A stretch of 64,000 nt of DNA. Origin: an uncultured Gemmatimonadales bacterium (GTDB lineage Bacteria > Gemmatimonadota > Gemmatimonadetes > Longimicrobiales > Longimicrobiaceae). The position numbers and the translations under genes were made by a program. The stretch lies in contig OY970303.1 of assembly GCA_963716255.1 (NCBI GenBank), positions 2,784,001 to 2,848,000 on the forward strand, written 5' to 3'. Positions 1-8,402 of this stretch are shown in pieces. Numbering within the stretch: the stretch's first letter is position 1; each line of letters starts with the position of its first letter. The notes below the pieces were generated by a model. That model had not been told where the DNA came from. It did no database searches and saw only the letters and a program-made list of their open reading frames with translations.

Positions 1-2501
1 CCCAGGATGAGCCCCGGCCGGGCACCCAGCGCCGTGCGGATCCCGATCTCCTTGCGGCGTTGGGCGACCGTGAGCGCCATCAGCGCGTGGATGCCGGCGG
101 CCGACAGGAGGAGCACGCTCAGCGTCACGGCCGCGATCCCCAGCGTCAGCAGGCTCTCGGTGCGCAGCTTCTGCCGGTGCACCTGCGCGAGGGATTCCAC
201 CCGGGACAGCCGCAGCGTGGGGTCCAGCGCCGTGGCGATCTCCCGGAGCCGGGGGGCGAACTCCTCCGCGGGGATGCCCCGCACCCGCACCACCAGGCTC
301 ACCGGGTTGAGCCGTCCCAGCGCGACGGGGTGGTACACCGTGGGCACGCCCCGCCCGGTCACGGTCGTCTTGGGAGGAAAGTCGTTCACCACCCCCACGA
401 CCTCGTACCAGCCGCCCGCCTCCACGCCCCCGGGCTCCGAACCGTCCCCGGTGCGCGTGTAGCGGAACCTCCGGCCCAGCCCGGAGCCGCCGCCCAGGAC
501 CTCCTCCACCAGGCTGCAGTTGACGACCACGGCGGTCGCCGGGCCGGCGAGGTCCGCCGCCTGGAACCGTCGTCCCGCGAGAACCGGGACGCCGAAGGTC
601 TCGAACAGGCCCGGATCCACCTCCAGGTACCTCACGTCCCCCCGGGAGGGCTCCGCCGAGGGCCGCGGATCCGCCACCTCCACCACGCCCGGCGCGCTCG
701 AGGACGAGAACCAGTCCCCCGGCACGTGGGACGCGAAAGTCACCGCGGACACCCCGGGCTCCGCCCGCAGGCGCCTCGCCAGCTCGAACTGGCGGTCCAC
801 CAGGCGCCCGGCGAACTCACGCCGGTACGCTTCGGCCGCCCCGCTGGGCGGGGTCTCCCGGTCCATCCCCACCTGCACCGCGAGGAACTGCTCCGCCGCG
901 AAGCCCGGGCCGGTGATCCCGTAGCGGAAGAACTGGTTCCACCCCAGGGCGACGGTGAGCGGGAGGATCGTCACGGCCACGGCCACCTGGCCCACGATCA
1001 GCGCGGTCCACGTCCCGCCCATCCGCATCCCCGTGCCGCCGCCCGCCTGGCCCAGGCCGGACCGCGCCCGGCGCCCGGTCGCCTTGAGCCCCGGCAGCAC
1101 GCCCACGATTACCGCGCCGAGCACCGCGAGCCCGGCCACGTAGGCGACCGTGCCCGGGGAAAGGCGCATCTCCCACCAGAAGGGGACCTGGTCGCCGGCC
1201 GTCCGGTCCAGGAAGGCGTTGCCCTGCCCCAGCCAGAACCGCGCGGCCGCGAGCCCGACCGCCGCCGCCGCAAGGGAAAGCACCAGCGCCTCCGCGAAGA
1301 GCTGCGTGACGACGCGGGCTCGGCTGGCCCCCAGGGCCAGGCGCACCGCGATCTCGCCGGCCCGCGTGGCCGTGCGGGCGTACACCAGGATGGCGACGTT
1401 GATCGCGATCACCACCAGCAGCAGGCTGCCGAGGAGCTGGACGAGGTAGAACACCCACATCAGCTCCGGGGCGTCGACGAAGGCGCGGGTGTACGGGAGC
1501 ACCCTGGGGCGGATGTGCCGGTGGGTCCCGGGATGGGCGGCGGCGATCCGCCGGCCGATGCCGGCCAGCTGCGCCTGCGCCTGCTCCAGAGTGGCTCCCG
1601 GGGCCAGGCGGCCGAACACGTCGAGCGGGGGCGCCTCGCCCCGCCGGTAGTCCGCGGGCTCCAGCCGCAGCAGCGTCCAGATGCCGTTGTTGACGGGGAA
1701 GGCGAAGCCCTCGGGCATCACGCCGACCACCGTGTGCGCGGCGTCGCCGAGCCGGAGCGTCCGGCCGACGACGTCGGGGCTGCCGGCGAAGCGGCGCTGC
1801 CACACGTCGTATCCGATCACGACCACCGGCGCCGCCCCGGGCCGCTCGTCGTCGTCGAACAGGTACCGGCCCAGCAGCGGGGCGACGCGCGCCACCCGGA
1901 AGCCCGCCGCGCTCATCTCCGCGACCCGCAGCGGCTCGCCCAGGCCGCCGGGGGTGACCAGGTTGCGGTCCACGGTGCGATAGGCGCCCAGCTCCTCCAC
2001 CGCCCGGAGATCGTCGCGCCAGACCGCGAGGTCGTGCAGGTGCGTCTCGCGCCCCTCGCCGCCGCGGGCCGCGTCCAGGTTCTGGATCGCGACGATCCGG
2101 TGGCCCTCCTCCAGCGGCAGCGCCGGGTCGACCACCGCGGCGACGAAGCTGAACAGGCTGGCGCCGAAGGCGGTGGCGACCGCCATCCCCAGGACCCCCA
2201 CCCCCGTGAGGCCCGGGTACTTGAGGAGCATGCGCAGCCCCAGCCTGAGGTCCAGCGAGAGGCCGGCCGCCCAGGTCACCCCGCGGGCGTCGCGCCCCTC
2301 CTCCTTGTACTTCTCCACCCCGCCGAACGCGATCGCGGCTCGCCGCCGCGCCTCCTGCGGCGGGAGCCCCCGCTCGCGCGCCAGCCGCTCGGCCTCCATC
2401 TCCACGTGGAAGCGCATCTCCTCGTCCATCTCGGCCGCGAGCCGGTCGGGACGCCGGAGCCCGCGCCAGAACGAGAGAGCGCGCGCGACAAGACCGTTCA
2501 T
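1..2501 (-). CDS. ADOP-type duplicated ABC permease (MacB/FtsX-like); C-terminus runs off the window start
   Basis: Manual translation from ATG at 2501: MNGLVARALSFWRGLRRPDRLAAEMDEEMRFHVEME...LDLRLGLRMLLKYPG...VVGVMPEGFAFP...EIAVRLALGASRARVVTQLFAE; directly downstream of PadR. Confidence 0.9.
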   Translation of the reverse strand, partial: MNGLVARALSFWRGLRRPDRLAAEMDEEMRFHVEMEAERLARERGLPPQEARRRAAIAFGGVEKYKEEGRDARGVTWAAGLSLDLRLGLRMLLKYPGLTGVGVLGMAVATAFGASLFSFVAAVVDPALPLEEGHRIVAIQNLDAARGGEGRETHLHDLAVWRDDLRAVEELGAYRTVDRNLVTPGGLGEPLRVAEMSAAGFRVARVAPLLGRYLFDDDERPGAAPVVVIGYDVWQRRFAGSPDVVGRTLRLGDAAHTVVGVMPEGFAFPVNNGIWTLLRLEPADYRRGEAPPLDVFGRLAPGATLEQAQAQLAGIGRRIAAAHPGTHRHIRPRVLPYTRAFVDAPELMWVFYLVQLLGSLLLVVIAINVAILVYARTATRAGEIAVRLALGASRARVVTQLFAEALVLSLAAAAVGLAAARFWLGQGNAFLDRTAGDQVPFWWEMRLSPGTVAYVAGLAVLGAVIVGVLPGLKATGRRARSGLGQAGGGTGMRMGGTWTALIVGQVAVAVTILPLTVALGWNQFFRYGITGPGFAAEQFLAVQVGMDRETPPSGAAEAYRREFAGRLVDRQFELARRLRAEPGVSAVTFASHVPGDWFSSSSAPGVVEVADPRPSAEPSRGDVRYLEVDPGLFETFGVPVLAGRRFQAADLAGPATAVVVNCSLVEEVLGGGSGLGRRFRYTRTGDGSEPGGVEAGGWYEVVGVVNDFPPKTTVTGRGVPTVYHPVALGRLNPVSLVVRVRGIPAEEFAPRLREIATALDPTLRLSRVESLAQVHRQKLRTESLLTLGIAAVTLSVLLLSAAGIHALMALTVAQRRKEIGIRTALGARPGLIL

Positions 2502-2504
2502 CTC

Positions 2505-2846
2505 TCAGATCTCCTGGGGGGTGGAGCGAAGCGCCAGGGCGATGGCGTCCGCCAGCCGGTTCCAGCTCGCCACCTCCACCCCCAGGCGCTGCCGCCCCGC
2601 GGCGGTGAGGCGGTAGAACTTGGCGCGGCGGTTGTTGTCGGAGATCCCCCACTCGCTCTCGATCAGCCCGCGGTGCTCCAGGCGGTACAGCGCCGGGTAG
2701 AGGGCGCCCTGCTGCACCTGGAGCGCGCCGCCCGAGATCTGCTCGATGCGCAGCAGCACGCCGTAGCCGTGCAGCTTGCCCAGCGACACGGCCTTGAGGA
2801 TGAGGAGGTCGAGTGTGCCGGGGAGCAGGTCCGCGGTGTCGTTCAT
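2505..2846 (-). CDS. PadR-family transcriptional regulator
   Basis: GTLDLLILKAV..HGYG..GALYPALYRLE..G....W...NNRRAKFYRLT signature. Confidence 0.95.
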   Translation of the reverse strand: MNDTADLLPGTLDLLILKAVSLGKLHGYGVLLRIEQISGGALQVQQGALYPALYRLEHRGLIESEWGISDNNRRAKFYRLTAAGRQRLGVEVASWNRLADAIALALRSTPQEI

Positions 2847-2850
2847 CGGT

Positions 2851-2906
2851 TTCTCCTATTCAGGTTAGGAGAAGAGTACGGCGTGCTCTCCTAAGCTGTC
2901 AAGGAG
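2851..2906 (-). promoter_or_regulatory. padR promoter (TTGACA-N18-TACTCT) overlapped by two palindromic putative operators
   Basis: TTCTCCTA-N7-TAGGAGAA at 2851-2873 and CTCCT-N9-AGGAG at 2888-2906; minus-strand TTGACA at 2902-2897. Confidence 0.6.
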
Positions 2907-3002
2907 TACGTCGCCGGGCGTCCCGGTGACCGGCGGGCGGCGAGAAGAGCCGGACCGGGGCGAGGGGAGGACGTAAACCCTGATCCTTGTTATATTGTCC
3001 GG

Positions 3003-4955
3003 ATGATCTCCGTATCCAACCTTTCCAAGGAGTTCGGCGACCGCGTCCTGTTCGCCGATGCATCCTTCCAGCTGAACCCGGGCGAGCGCTACGGCATCGT
3101 GGGCGCCAACGGGTCCGGCAAGACCACGCTGCTCAGCATCCTGAGCGGCGACTCCCCCGCGAGCAGCGGCACGGTGTCCGTGCCGAAGTCGCTGCGGCTG
3201 GGCGTGCTGCGCCAGGACCAGTTCCTCTACGAGGACCAGGAGGTGCTGAGCGTCACGCTGATGGGGAACCCGGAGCTGTGGGCCGCCATGGTCGAGAAGG
3301 AGAAGCTTCTCGCACGGGCGCACGAGCACTTCGACGCCGACCGCTTCTCCGAGCTGGAGGAGACGGTGCAGCGCCACGACGGCTACACCGCCGAGGCCCG
3401 CGCCGCCACCATCCTGGAGGGGCTGGGCCTCCCCGCCGAGACGCACCACCGGCCGCTCTCCACGCTGTCGGGCGGCTTCAAGCTGCGGGTGCTCCTGGCG
3501 CAGGTGCTGGCCGGCGCGCCGGACGTGCTGCTGCTGGACGAGCCCACCAACCACCTGGACATCCTTTCCATCCGCTGGCTGGAGAAGTTCCTCCACGACT
3601 TCGAGGGGCCGGTCGCGGTGATCTCGCACGACCACCGCTTCCTGGACAACGTGTCCACCGGCATCCTGGACGTGGACTACCAGACGGTCACCCTCTACCG
3701 GGGCAACTACACGTCGTTCCTGGAGCAGAAGGTGGAGGACCGGGAGCGGCGGGAAAAGGAGATCGAAGGGCGGCAGAAGGAGATCGCCCACCACCAGAAG
3801 TTCGTGGACAAGTTCAAGGCAAAGGCTAGCAAGGCGCGGCAGGCGCAGAGCAAGCTGCGCATGATCGAGCGCAAGCAGGAAGACCTGGAGGAGCTCCCCG
3901 GCAGCTCGCGGCGCTACCCCAAGTTCCGCTTCCTGCCGCGGCGCGAGAGCGGCAAGGAGGTGCTCCGCATCCGCGGGATCCGCAAGTCCTTCGGCGACCG
4001 GGAGGTGCTGCCGGGGGTGGACCTGCTGGTGAACCGCGGCGACCGGCTGGTCATCATGGGGCCCAACGGAATCGGCAAGTCCACGCTGCTCAAGATCGTC
4101 ATGGGCGAGCTGCCGGCCGACCAGGGCGACGTGCAGTGGGGGTACGAAACGCACCCCGGCTACTTCGCGCAGGACCACCACGAGCAGCTGGGCGACGACG
4201 ACCGCACCGCCGAGCAGTGGCTGTGGGACTTCTGCCCGGGCAGGGACCGCGGCTTCGTACGCGGGCACCTGGGGATGATGCTCTTCTCGGGCGAGGACGG
4301 CGAGAAGCGGCTTTCCGCCCTGTCGGGGGGCGAGGCGGCGCGGCTGGTGTTCAGCCGGCTGGCGCTGGAGCAGCCCAACGTGCTGGTGCTGGACGAGCCC
4401 ACCAACCACCTGGACCTGGAAAGCATCGAGGCGCTGGTCAACGCGCTCCAGACGTACGAGGGCACGCTGATCCTGGTGTCGCACGACCGCTGGTTCGTGA
4501 GCCAGCTGGCCACGCGGGTGCTGGAGGTGAGCCGCGAGGGGATCCGCGACTACCTGGGCACCTACGAGGAGTACGTGCACGCCTGCGGCGACGATCACCT
4601 GGACGCCGACACGGTGGTGCTCAAGGCGCGGAAGGAGGACCGCGGCGGCAGAAAGGACGGCGCGGAGAACGGCGGCCGCCCCGCCGCGCCCGCGCCCCGC
4701 GTGTCCGTGAAGGCCCCCGCCGGCGGGCGCGGCCGCATGGAGAAGCGCCGCGACGAGATCACCGCCGAGATCGAGGCCGCGGAGTCGCGCGTCGCCGAGA
4801 TCGACGGGCTCTTCGCCGAGCGCCGCTTCTTCGAGACCACGCCGCCCGACCGGGTCAAGGCGCTCAAGGCCGAGCGCGCGCGGTTCCAGGAAAAGGTGGA
4901 GCGGCTGATGGAGGACTGGGAGAGCCTGGAGCAGGAGCTCGCCGGGGCCCGGTAG
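3003..4955 (+). CDS. ABC-F family ATPase
   Basis: Two ABC domains (GANGSGKT, LSGG, LLLDEPTNHLD; GPNGIGKS, LSGGE, LDEPTNHLD), no TM segments, C-terminal coiled coil. Confidence 0.95.
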   Translation: MISVSNLSKEFGDRVLFADASFQLNPGERYGIVGANGSGKTTLLSILSGDSPASSGTVSVPKSLRLGVLRQDQFLYEDQEVLSVTLMGNPELWAAMVEKEKLLARAHEHFDADRFSELEETVQRHDGYTAEARAATILEGLGLPAETHHRPLSTLSGGFKLRVLLAQVLAGAPDVLLLDEPTNHLDILSIRWLEKFLHDFEGPVAVISHDHRFLDNVSTGILDVDYQTVTLYRGNYTSFLEQKVEDRERREKEIEGRQKEIAHHQKFVDKFKAKASKARQAQSKLRMIERKQEDLEELPGSSRRYPKFRFLPRRESGKEVLRIRGIRKSFGDREVLPGVDLLVNRGDRLVIMGPNGIGKSTLLKIVMGELPADQGDVQWGYETHPGYFAQDHHEQLGDDDRTAEQWLWDFCPGRDRGFVRGHLGMMLFSGEDGEKRLSALSGGEAARLVFSRLALEQPNVLVLDEPTNHLDLESIEALVNALQTYEGTLILVSHDRWFVSQLATRVLEVSREGIRDYLGTYEEYVHACGDDHLDADTVVLKARKEDRGGRKDGAENGGRPAAPAPRVSVKAPAGGRGRMEKRRDEITAEIEAAESRVAEIDGLFAERRFFETTPPDRVKALKAERARFQEKVERLMEDWESLEQELAGAR

Positions 4956-4985
4956 CCGCCCGTCCGCCGGCAAGATCGCAGGACG

Positions 4986-5020
4986 CAGCGGGGGAGCACA
5001 CGACGTGTGCTCCCCCGCTG
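4986..5020. terminator. Perfect hairpin between convergent genes
   Basis: CAGCGGGGGAGCACAC-GAC-GTGTGCTCCCCCGCTG. Confidence 0.55.
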
Positions 5021-5053
5021 AGCATTCGGGGCCGCGCTCCTTGTCCGGGCCGG

Positions 5054-5659
5054 TCAGATCACGCCCGTCACGGCACATCCCACCAGCCGGAGCCGGCCAT
5101 CCGCCTCGCGGGTGAAGAAGTAGCGGCGGGAATGAAACTCTCCCCCCCGGCAATGCCCCGCCCCGGTGCTCTCCTCCGTACAGGACCCGTTCTGCAGGCC
5201 CTCCGGACTGCACGTTCTCGCCAGCTGGACGTTCACCCAGTGCTTGACCGGAATCCCCTTCGACGGCTCGACCTCCTCCGAAAAGTCGCTCGGATCGGCG
5301 TGGAGGACGCGCGGTTACTCCACGACGGGGCTCAGCACGATCCGTGTGCAGTCCAGGCACGGATACGTCGGGCTCCGCCGCTCGTGAGCATAGACACCGT
5401 CCACGACGCCGCGCGACACCAGCTCCCGGAGCAGCCCCGCCGGGTGCTTTCCGTGAGCGCCGTCGAACCGCTCGTCGGCCAGGTAGACCCCGTGGGCTCC
5501 GGGCGGCAGCTCGGCCCGGATCGCCTCGACGACCTGGGCGTACACGGCCACCGTGTCCACGCCCGGCGCGGGAGCGCGGGTACCCGGGCTCGCCGCCGTG
5601 CAGCAGGCGAGCAGCATCGCGAGAAGAGCCATCGAGCACCCGGCTCTGCGGGATCCCAC
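5054..5659 (-). pseudogene. Secreted/lipoprotein-like hypothetical gene split by one in-frame TAA
   Basis: ORFs 5315-5659 and 5054-5236 are in the same frame, with only TAA at 5315-5317 between them; hydrophobic signal-like N-terminus. Confidence 0.5.
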
Positions 5660-5678
5660 TCGCCGCGCCGGCCGCGCG

Positions 5679-6185
5679 TCAGGCGAGGCGGCGCCGCTCG
5701 ATGCGGCGGACGGCCTCCTCCGCCAGCTCCCGCAGCACGGCGAGGTCCTGCTCCGCGAAGGTCCGCTGCTCCAGCCCCACCACGCACAGGTTGCCCAGCA
5801 CGTGGCCCCGCGACGAGATCAGCGGCACGCCGGCGTAGCAGCGCACCCCGTCCTGCGTCACCAGCGGGTTGCTCCGGTGCTCGGGGTGGGTCTCGGCGTC
5901 CTCCACCACGAGCGGGCCGCGGGTGCGCACCGAGGCGGCGCAGAACGACCACTCCACCGGGTGCCCGCGCGTTTCCGCCAGCCACAGGCCGTCGGGACCG
6001 TGGAAGCCGGCGACGTGCAGCGCCTCGTCCAGCACCACGCTGACCAGCGACACGGGGAGGCCCAGCCGGGACGCGGCCCGCTCCGCCACGTCCGCGAGGA
6101 TGGGGTCCACGTCGGGCGAGAGCAGGTCCAGGTCGGCGATCTCCTGGAGCCGGGCCTCGTCGCGGAGGGGATCGTGGGCGCTCAC
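5679..6185 (-). CDS. Stand-alone GAF domain protein
   Basis: RLQEIADLDLL...SFCA....GPLVVEDA.....NPLV...GVRCYAGVPL....GHVLGNLCV; GTG start overlaps the upstream stop (GTGA). Confidence 0.85.
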   Translation of the reverse strand: MSAHDPLRDEARLQEIADLDLLSPDVDPILADVAERAASRLGLPVSLVSVVLDEALHVAGFHGPDGLWLAETRGHPVEWSFCAASVRTRGPLVVEDAETHPEHRSNPLVTQDGVRCYAGVPLISSRGHVLGNLCVVGLEQRTFAEQDLAVLRELAEEAVRRIERRRLA

Positions 6186-6496
6186 GGCTGCCTCCCGGCC
6201 GCGGCGGCGCTGGCGGAGAGTCGGGCGAAGGTGCGCATGCGGATCTCCATGGAGCGCGCGACCACTGCGGTGGTCCCGCCCTGCTCGGCGAGGGCGGCCA
6301 CCGCGCGCCCGAGCTGCGCCGCGGTGGTCTGGTGCCCGGCGAGGACGCCCGCCTCGCGGCAGGCGCGCGACCACCGGTCGGCGGCGCGCTCCGGGCCGAA
6401 GACCCGCTCCAGGGCGGCGATGGCGTCCGCCTCGGAGGGCTCCGGCAGGTCGTACCCGGGGAGGCGGAACGCGCCGCCTGGCGGTGAGGGCATCAT
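6182..6496 (-). CDS. Hypothetical protein translationally coupled to the GAF gene
   Basis: MMPSPPGGAFRLPGYDLPEPSEADAIAALERVFG...; host-like codon use; 4-nt overlap with the GAF start. Confidence 0.7.
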   Translation of the reverse strand: MMPSPPGGAFRLPGYDLPEPSEADAIAALERVFGPERAADRWSRACREAGVLAGHQTTAAQLGRAVAALAEQGGTTAVVARSMEIRMRTFARLSASAAAAGRQP

Positions 6497-6698
6497 GCGG
6501 GCCGGTGCGGGGAATGGACGCGTGGACGCCCGGGGTACGACGGGCCGCCCGCGAGCGGATTCACCCACCCGGCAAGTCGCGTGCTGCGCCGCGCGCGCGC
6601 CCCTCGCGGACCGGGCATCGTCCCCCGATCTTGTCGGGAGAGCGCGGTGGCCGCCGTGTCCCCGCCTCGCATCATCCAGACAGGAGCCAGGGGCACCG

Positions 6699-7118
6699 AT
6701 GGCGACCGAGCCCGAGCCGTTCGAGATCGCGGTCCGGATCCTTCCCGGGGACGTGGACGGGATGGGGCACGTCAACAACATCGTCTACGTGCGCTGGGTG
6801 CAGGAGGCCGCGCTGGCGCACTGGTTCGCGCGGGCCCCGGCGCAGGCGCAGGCGACGATGACGTGGGTGGTGCTTCGCCACGAGATCGACTACCTGCGCG
6901 CGGCCCGCCCGGGCGACTCGGTGCGGGCGCGCACCTGGCTCGGCCAGGCGCACGCCATCCGCTACGAGCGCCACACCGAGATCGTGCTGGAGGACGGCAC
7001 GACCCTGGCCCGGGCGCGCACGCTCTGGTGCCCGGTGGACACGGCCACGGGGCGGCCGCGGCGCGTACCCGCCGAGGTGCGCGCCGCCTTCGCCGCGCCG
7101 GGCGATGGTGAGGGCTGA
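6699..7118 (+). CDS. Acyl-CoA thioesterase (4HBT/YbgC hotdog fold)
   Basis: DVDGMGHVNNIVYVRW motif; RBS GGAG upstream of ATG 6699. Confidence 0.9.
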   Translation: MATEPEPFEIAVRILPGDVDGMGHVNNIVYVRWVQEAALAHWFARAPAQAQATMTWVVLRHEIDYLRAARPGDSVRARTWLGQAHAIRYERHTEIVLEDGTTLARARTLWCPVDTATGRPRRVPAEVRAAFAAPGDGEG

Positions 7119-7234
7119 GTGGAGCGGAGCCGGGCGAAGTGGAGGATCGTTGCCGCCGGGCATCAGGTCGATTACAGTTGTCTCTCCAGTTCGTGTCCGC
7201 AACCAAGCGGGCAACCTCACATCCGGAGGACGCC

Positions 7235-7435
7235 ATGAGCCGTTCGCCTTCCTACCTGCGCCGGGGACTCTTCGGCATCGTCTTCGTCGGCTCACTGGGC
7301 TTCGGAGCCACGGCCGCCTTCGCGAAGCCCGAGACGCGAGATGCCTTCCCCACCTGCCCCAAGGGGTGGAGCATGTGCCCGGACGGGACCTGCGTCGGAC
7401 CCGATATGCGCTGCTTCCAGCCGCTCGAGTTCTGA
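7235..7435 (+). CDS. Small secreted Cys-rich peptide (66 aa)
   Basis: GGAGG RBS; signal peptide ending GSLGFGATAAFA; mature part with C-X6-C-X4-C-X6-C. Confidence 0.7.
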   Translation: MSRSPSYLRRGLFGIVFVGSLGFGATAAFAKPETRDAFPTCPKGWSMCPDGTCVGPDMRCFQPLEF

Positions 7436-7523
7436 CCTCGGCCGCGGTCCAGCCGGTGACGGAAGACGGCCCGGGTGCGCAGGCGCGCCCGGGCCGTCGT
7501 TCGTCGAGCCGGTGCATCCCGGC

Positions 7524-8264
7524 TCAGCTGTCCCCGCCCTTGGCCTCCCCGCCCGACCCGCTCCCGCCGCCGCCCGCGATCACGCGGATGGACACGGGGT
7601 TGGGGATGGGCACCTCCACCCGCTCCCTGCGGTTGGCCTGCACCCGCTGGTACCACGCGTCGTCCTTGCCGGCGCCGCCCGCCTCCATCACCATGCGGGC
7701 CAGCTCCGTCGCCACCGCGTTGGACACGCGGATGGAGCCGTGCGAGGCCGCCTTGCCCAGCGACTCGGGCTCGTTGGTGCCGTGGATGCTGCGCGGCGCG
7801 TCGTACACCAGCTGCGCGTGCCCCAGCGGGTTGTCGGCGGCGCCGGGCTCCTTCTCCTCCTCGTCCTCCGCCCACCCCTCCTCCCTGGGCGGCACCCACC
7901 GCGGGTTCCAGATCACCTGGCCGACGGTCCACTCGCCCGTGCGCGTGGGCCACTTGCTGGTGCCCACGGCCACGGGGTGCGTGGCGATGCGCTGGTCCCT
8001 GCGGTACACGCGCACCTCGCGGGCGGCCACGTCCACCTCCAGGCGGAGGTCGGGCGGAGGAGGCGGCGGCGTGGGAGCGGCCGGCGCCGCCGGCTGCACC
8101 GCCGCCCCGGGCGCCGTCTGCGCCGCGCCGGCGTCCGCCGTCTGCCCCGCGGACGCGCCTGCGTCCGCGCCCTCGTCCGTCCTGTCCTGCACCACGCACC
8201 CGCCCAGCAGCAGCGCCGCGGCGGCCAGCGCCGGGCCCGTCCATCCTCGAAGCCTTCGTCTCAT
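7524..8264 (-). CDS. L,D-transpeptidase-family (YkuD) lipoprotein
   Basis: Lipobox LGGC; PVAVG..KWPT.TG, NPLG, SIHGT...SLGKAASHGSIRV; the usual catalytic Cys of SHGC is Ser here. Confidence 0.85.
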   Translation of the reverse strand: MRRRLRGWTGPALAAAALLLGGCVVQDRTDEGADAGASAGQTADAGAAQTAPGAAVQPAAPAAPTPPPPPPDLRLEVDVAAREVRVYRRDQRIATHPVAVGTSKWPTRTGEWTVGQVIWNPRWVPPREEGWAEDEEEKEPGAADNPLGHAQLVYDAPRSIHGTNEPESLGKAASHGSIRVSNAVATELARMVMEAGGAGKDDAWYQRVQANRRERVEVPIPNPVSIRVIAGGGGSGSGGEAKGGDS

Positions 8265-8402
8265 CCGGTTCTCCTTCCTGAGGTTGCCGCTCCCTCAAGC
8301 AAGGTGCGTGCGCGCCGTCTGTTCAGGCGCCCGGGCGCCGCGTGGCCGCACCCTTGCGGCAGCCGTCCGCAGGGCGCCGCCACCTCCCGCACGCGAGGCT
8401 CC

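Noticed and set aside
60..2894. 944-aa plus-strand ORF and many other long Arg/Gly/Pro-rich ORFs (e.g. 2865-5639, 36475-39969, 52280-55147)
   Set aside because: Antisense or off-frame shadows of real genes in high-GC DNA; no recognisable motifs
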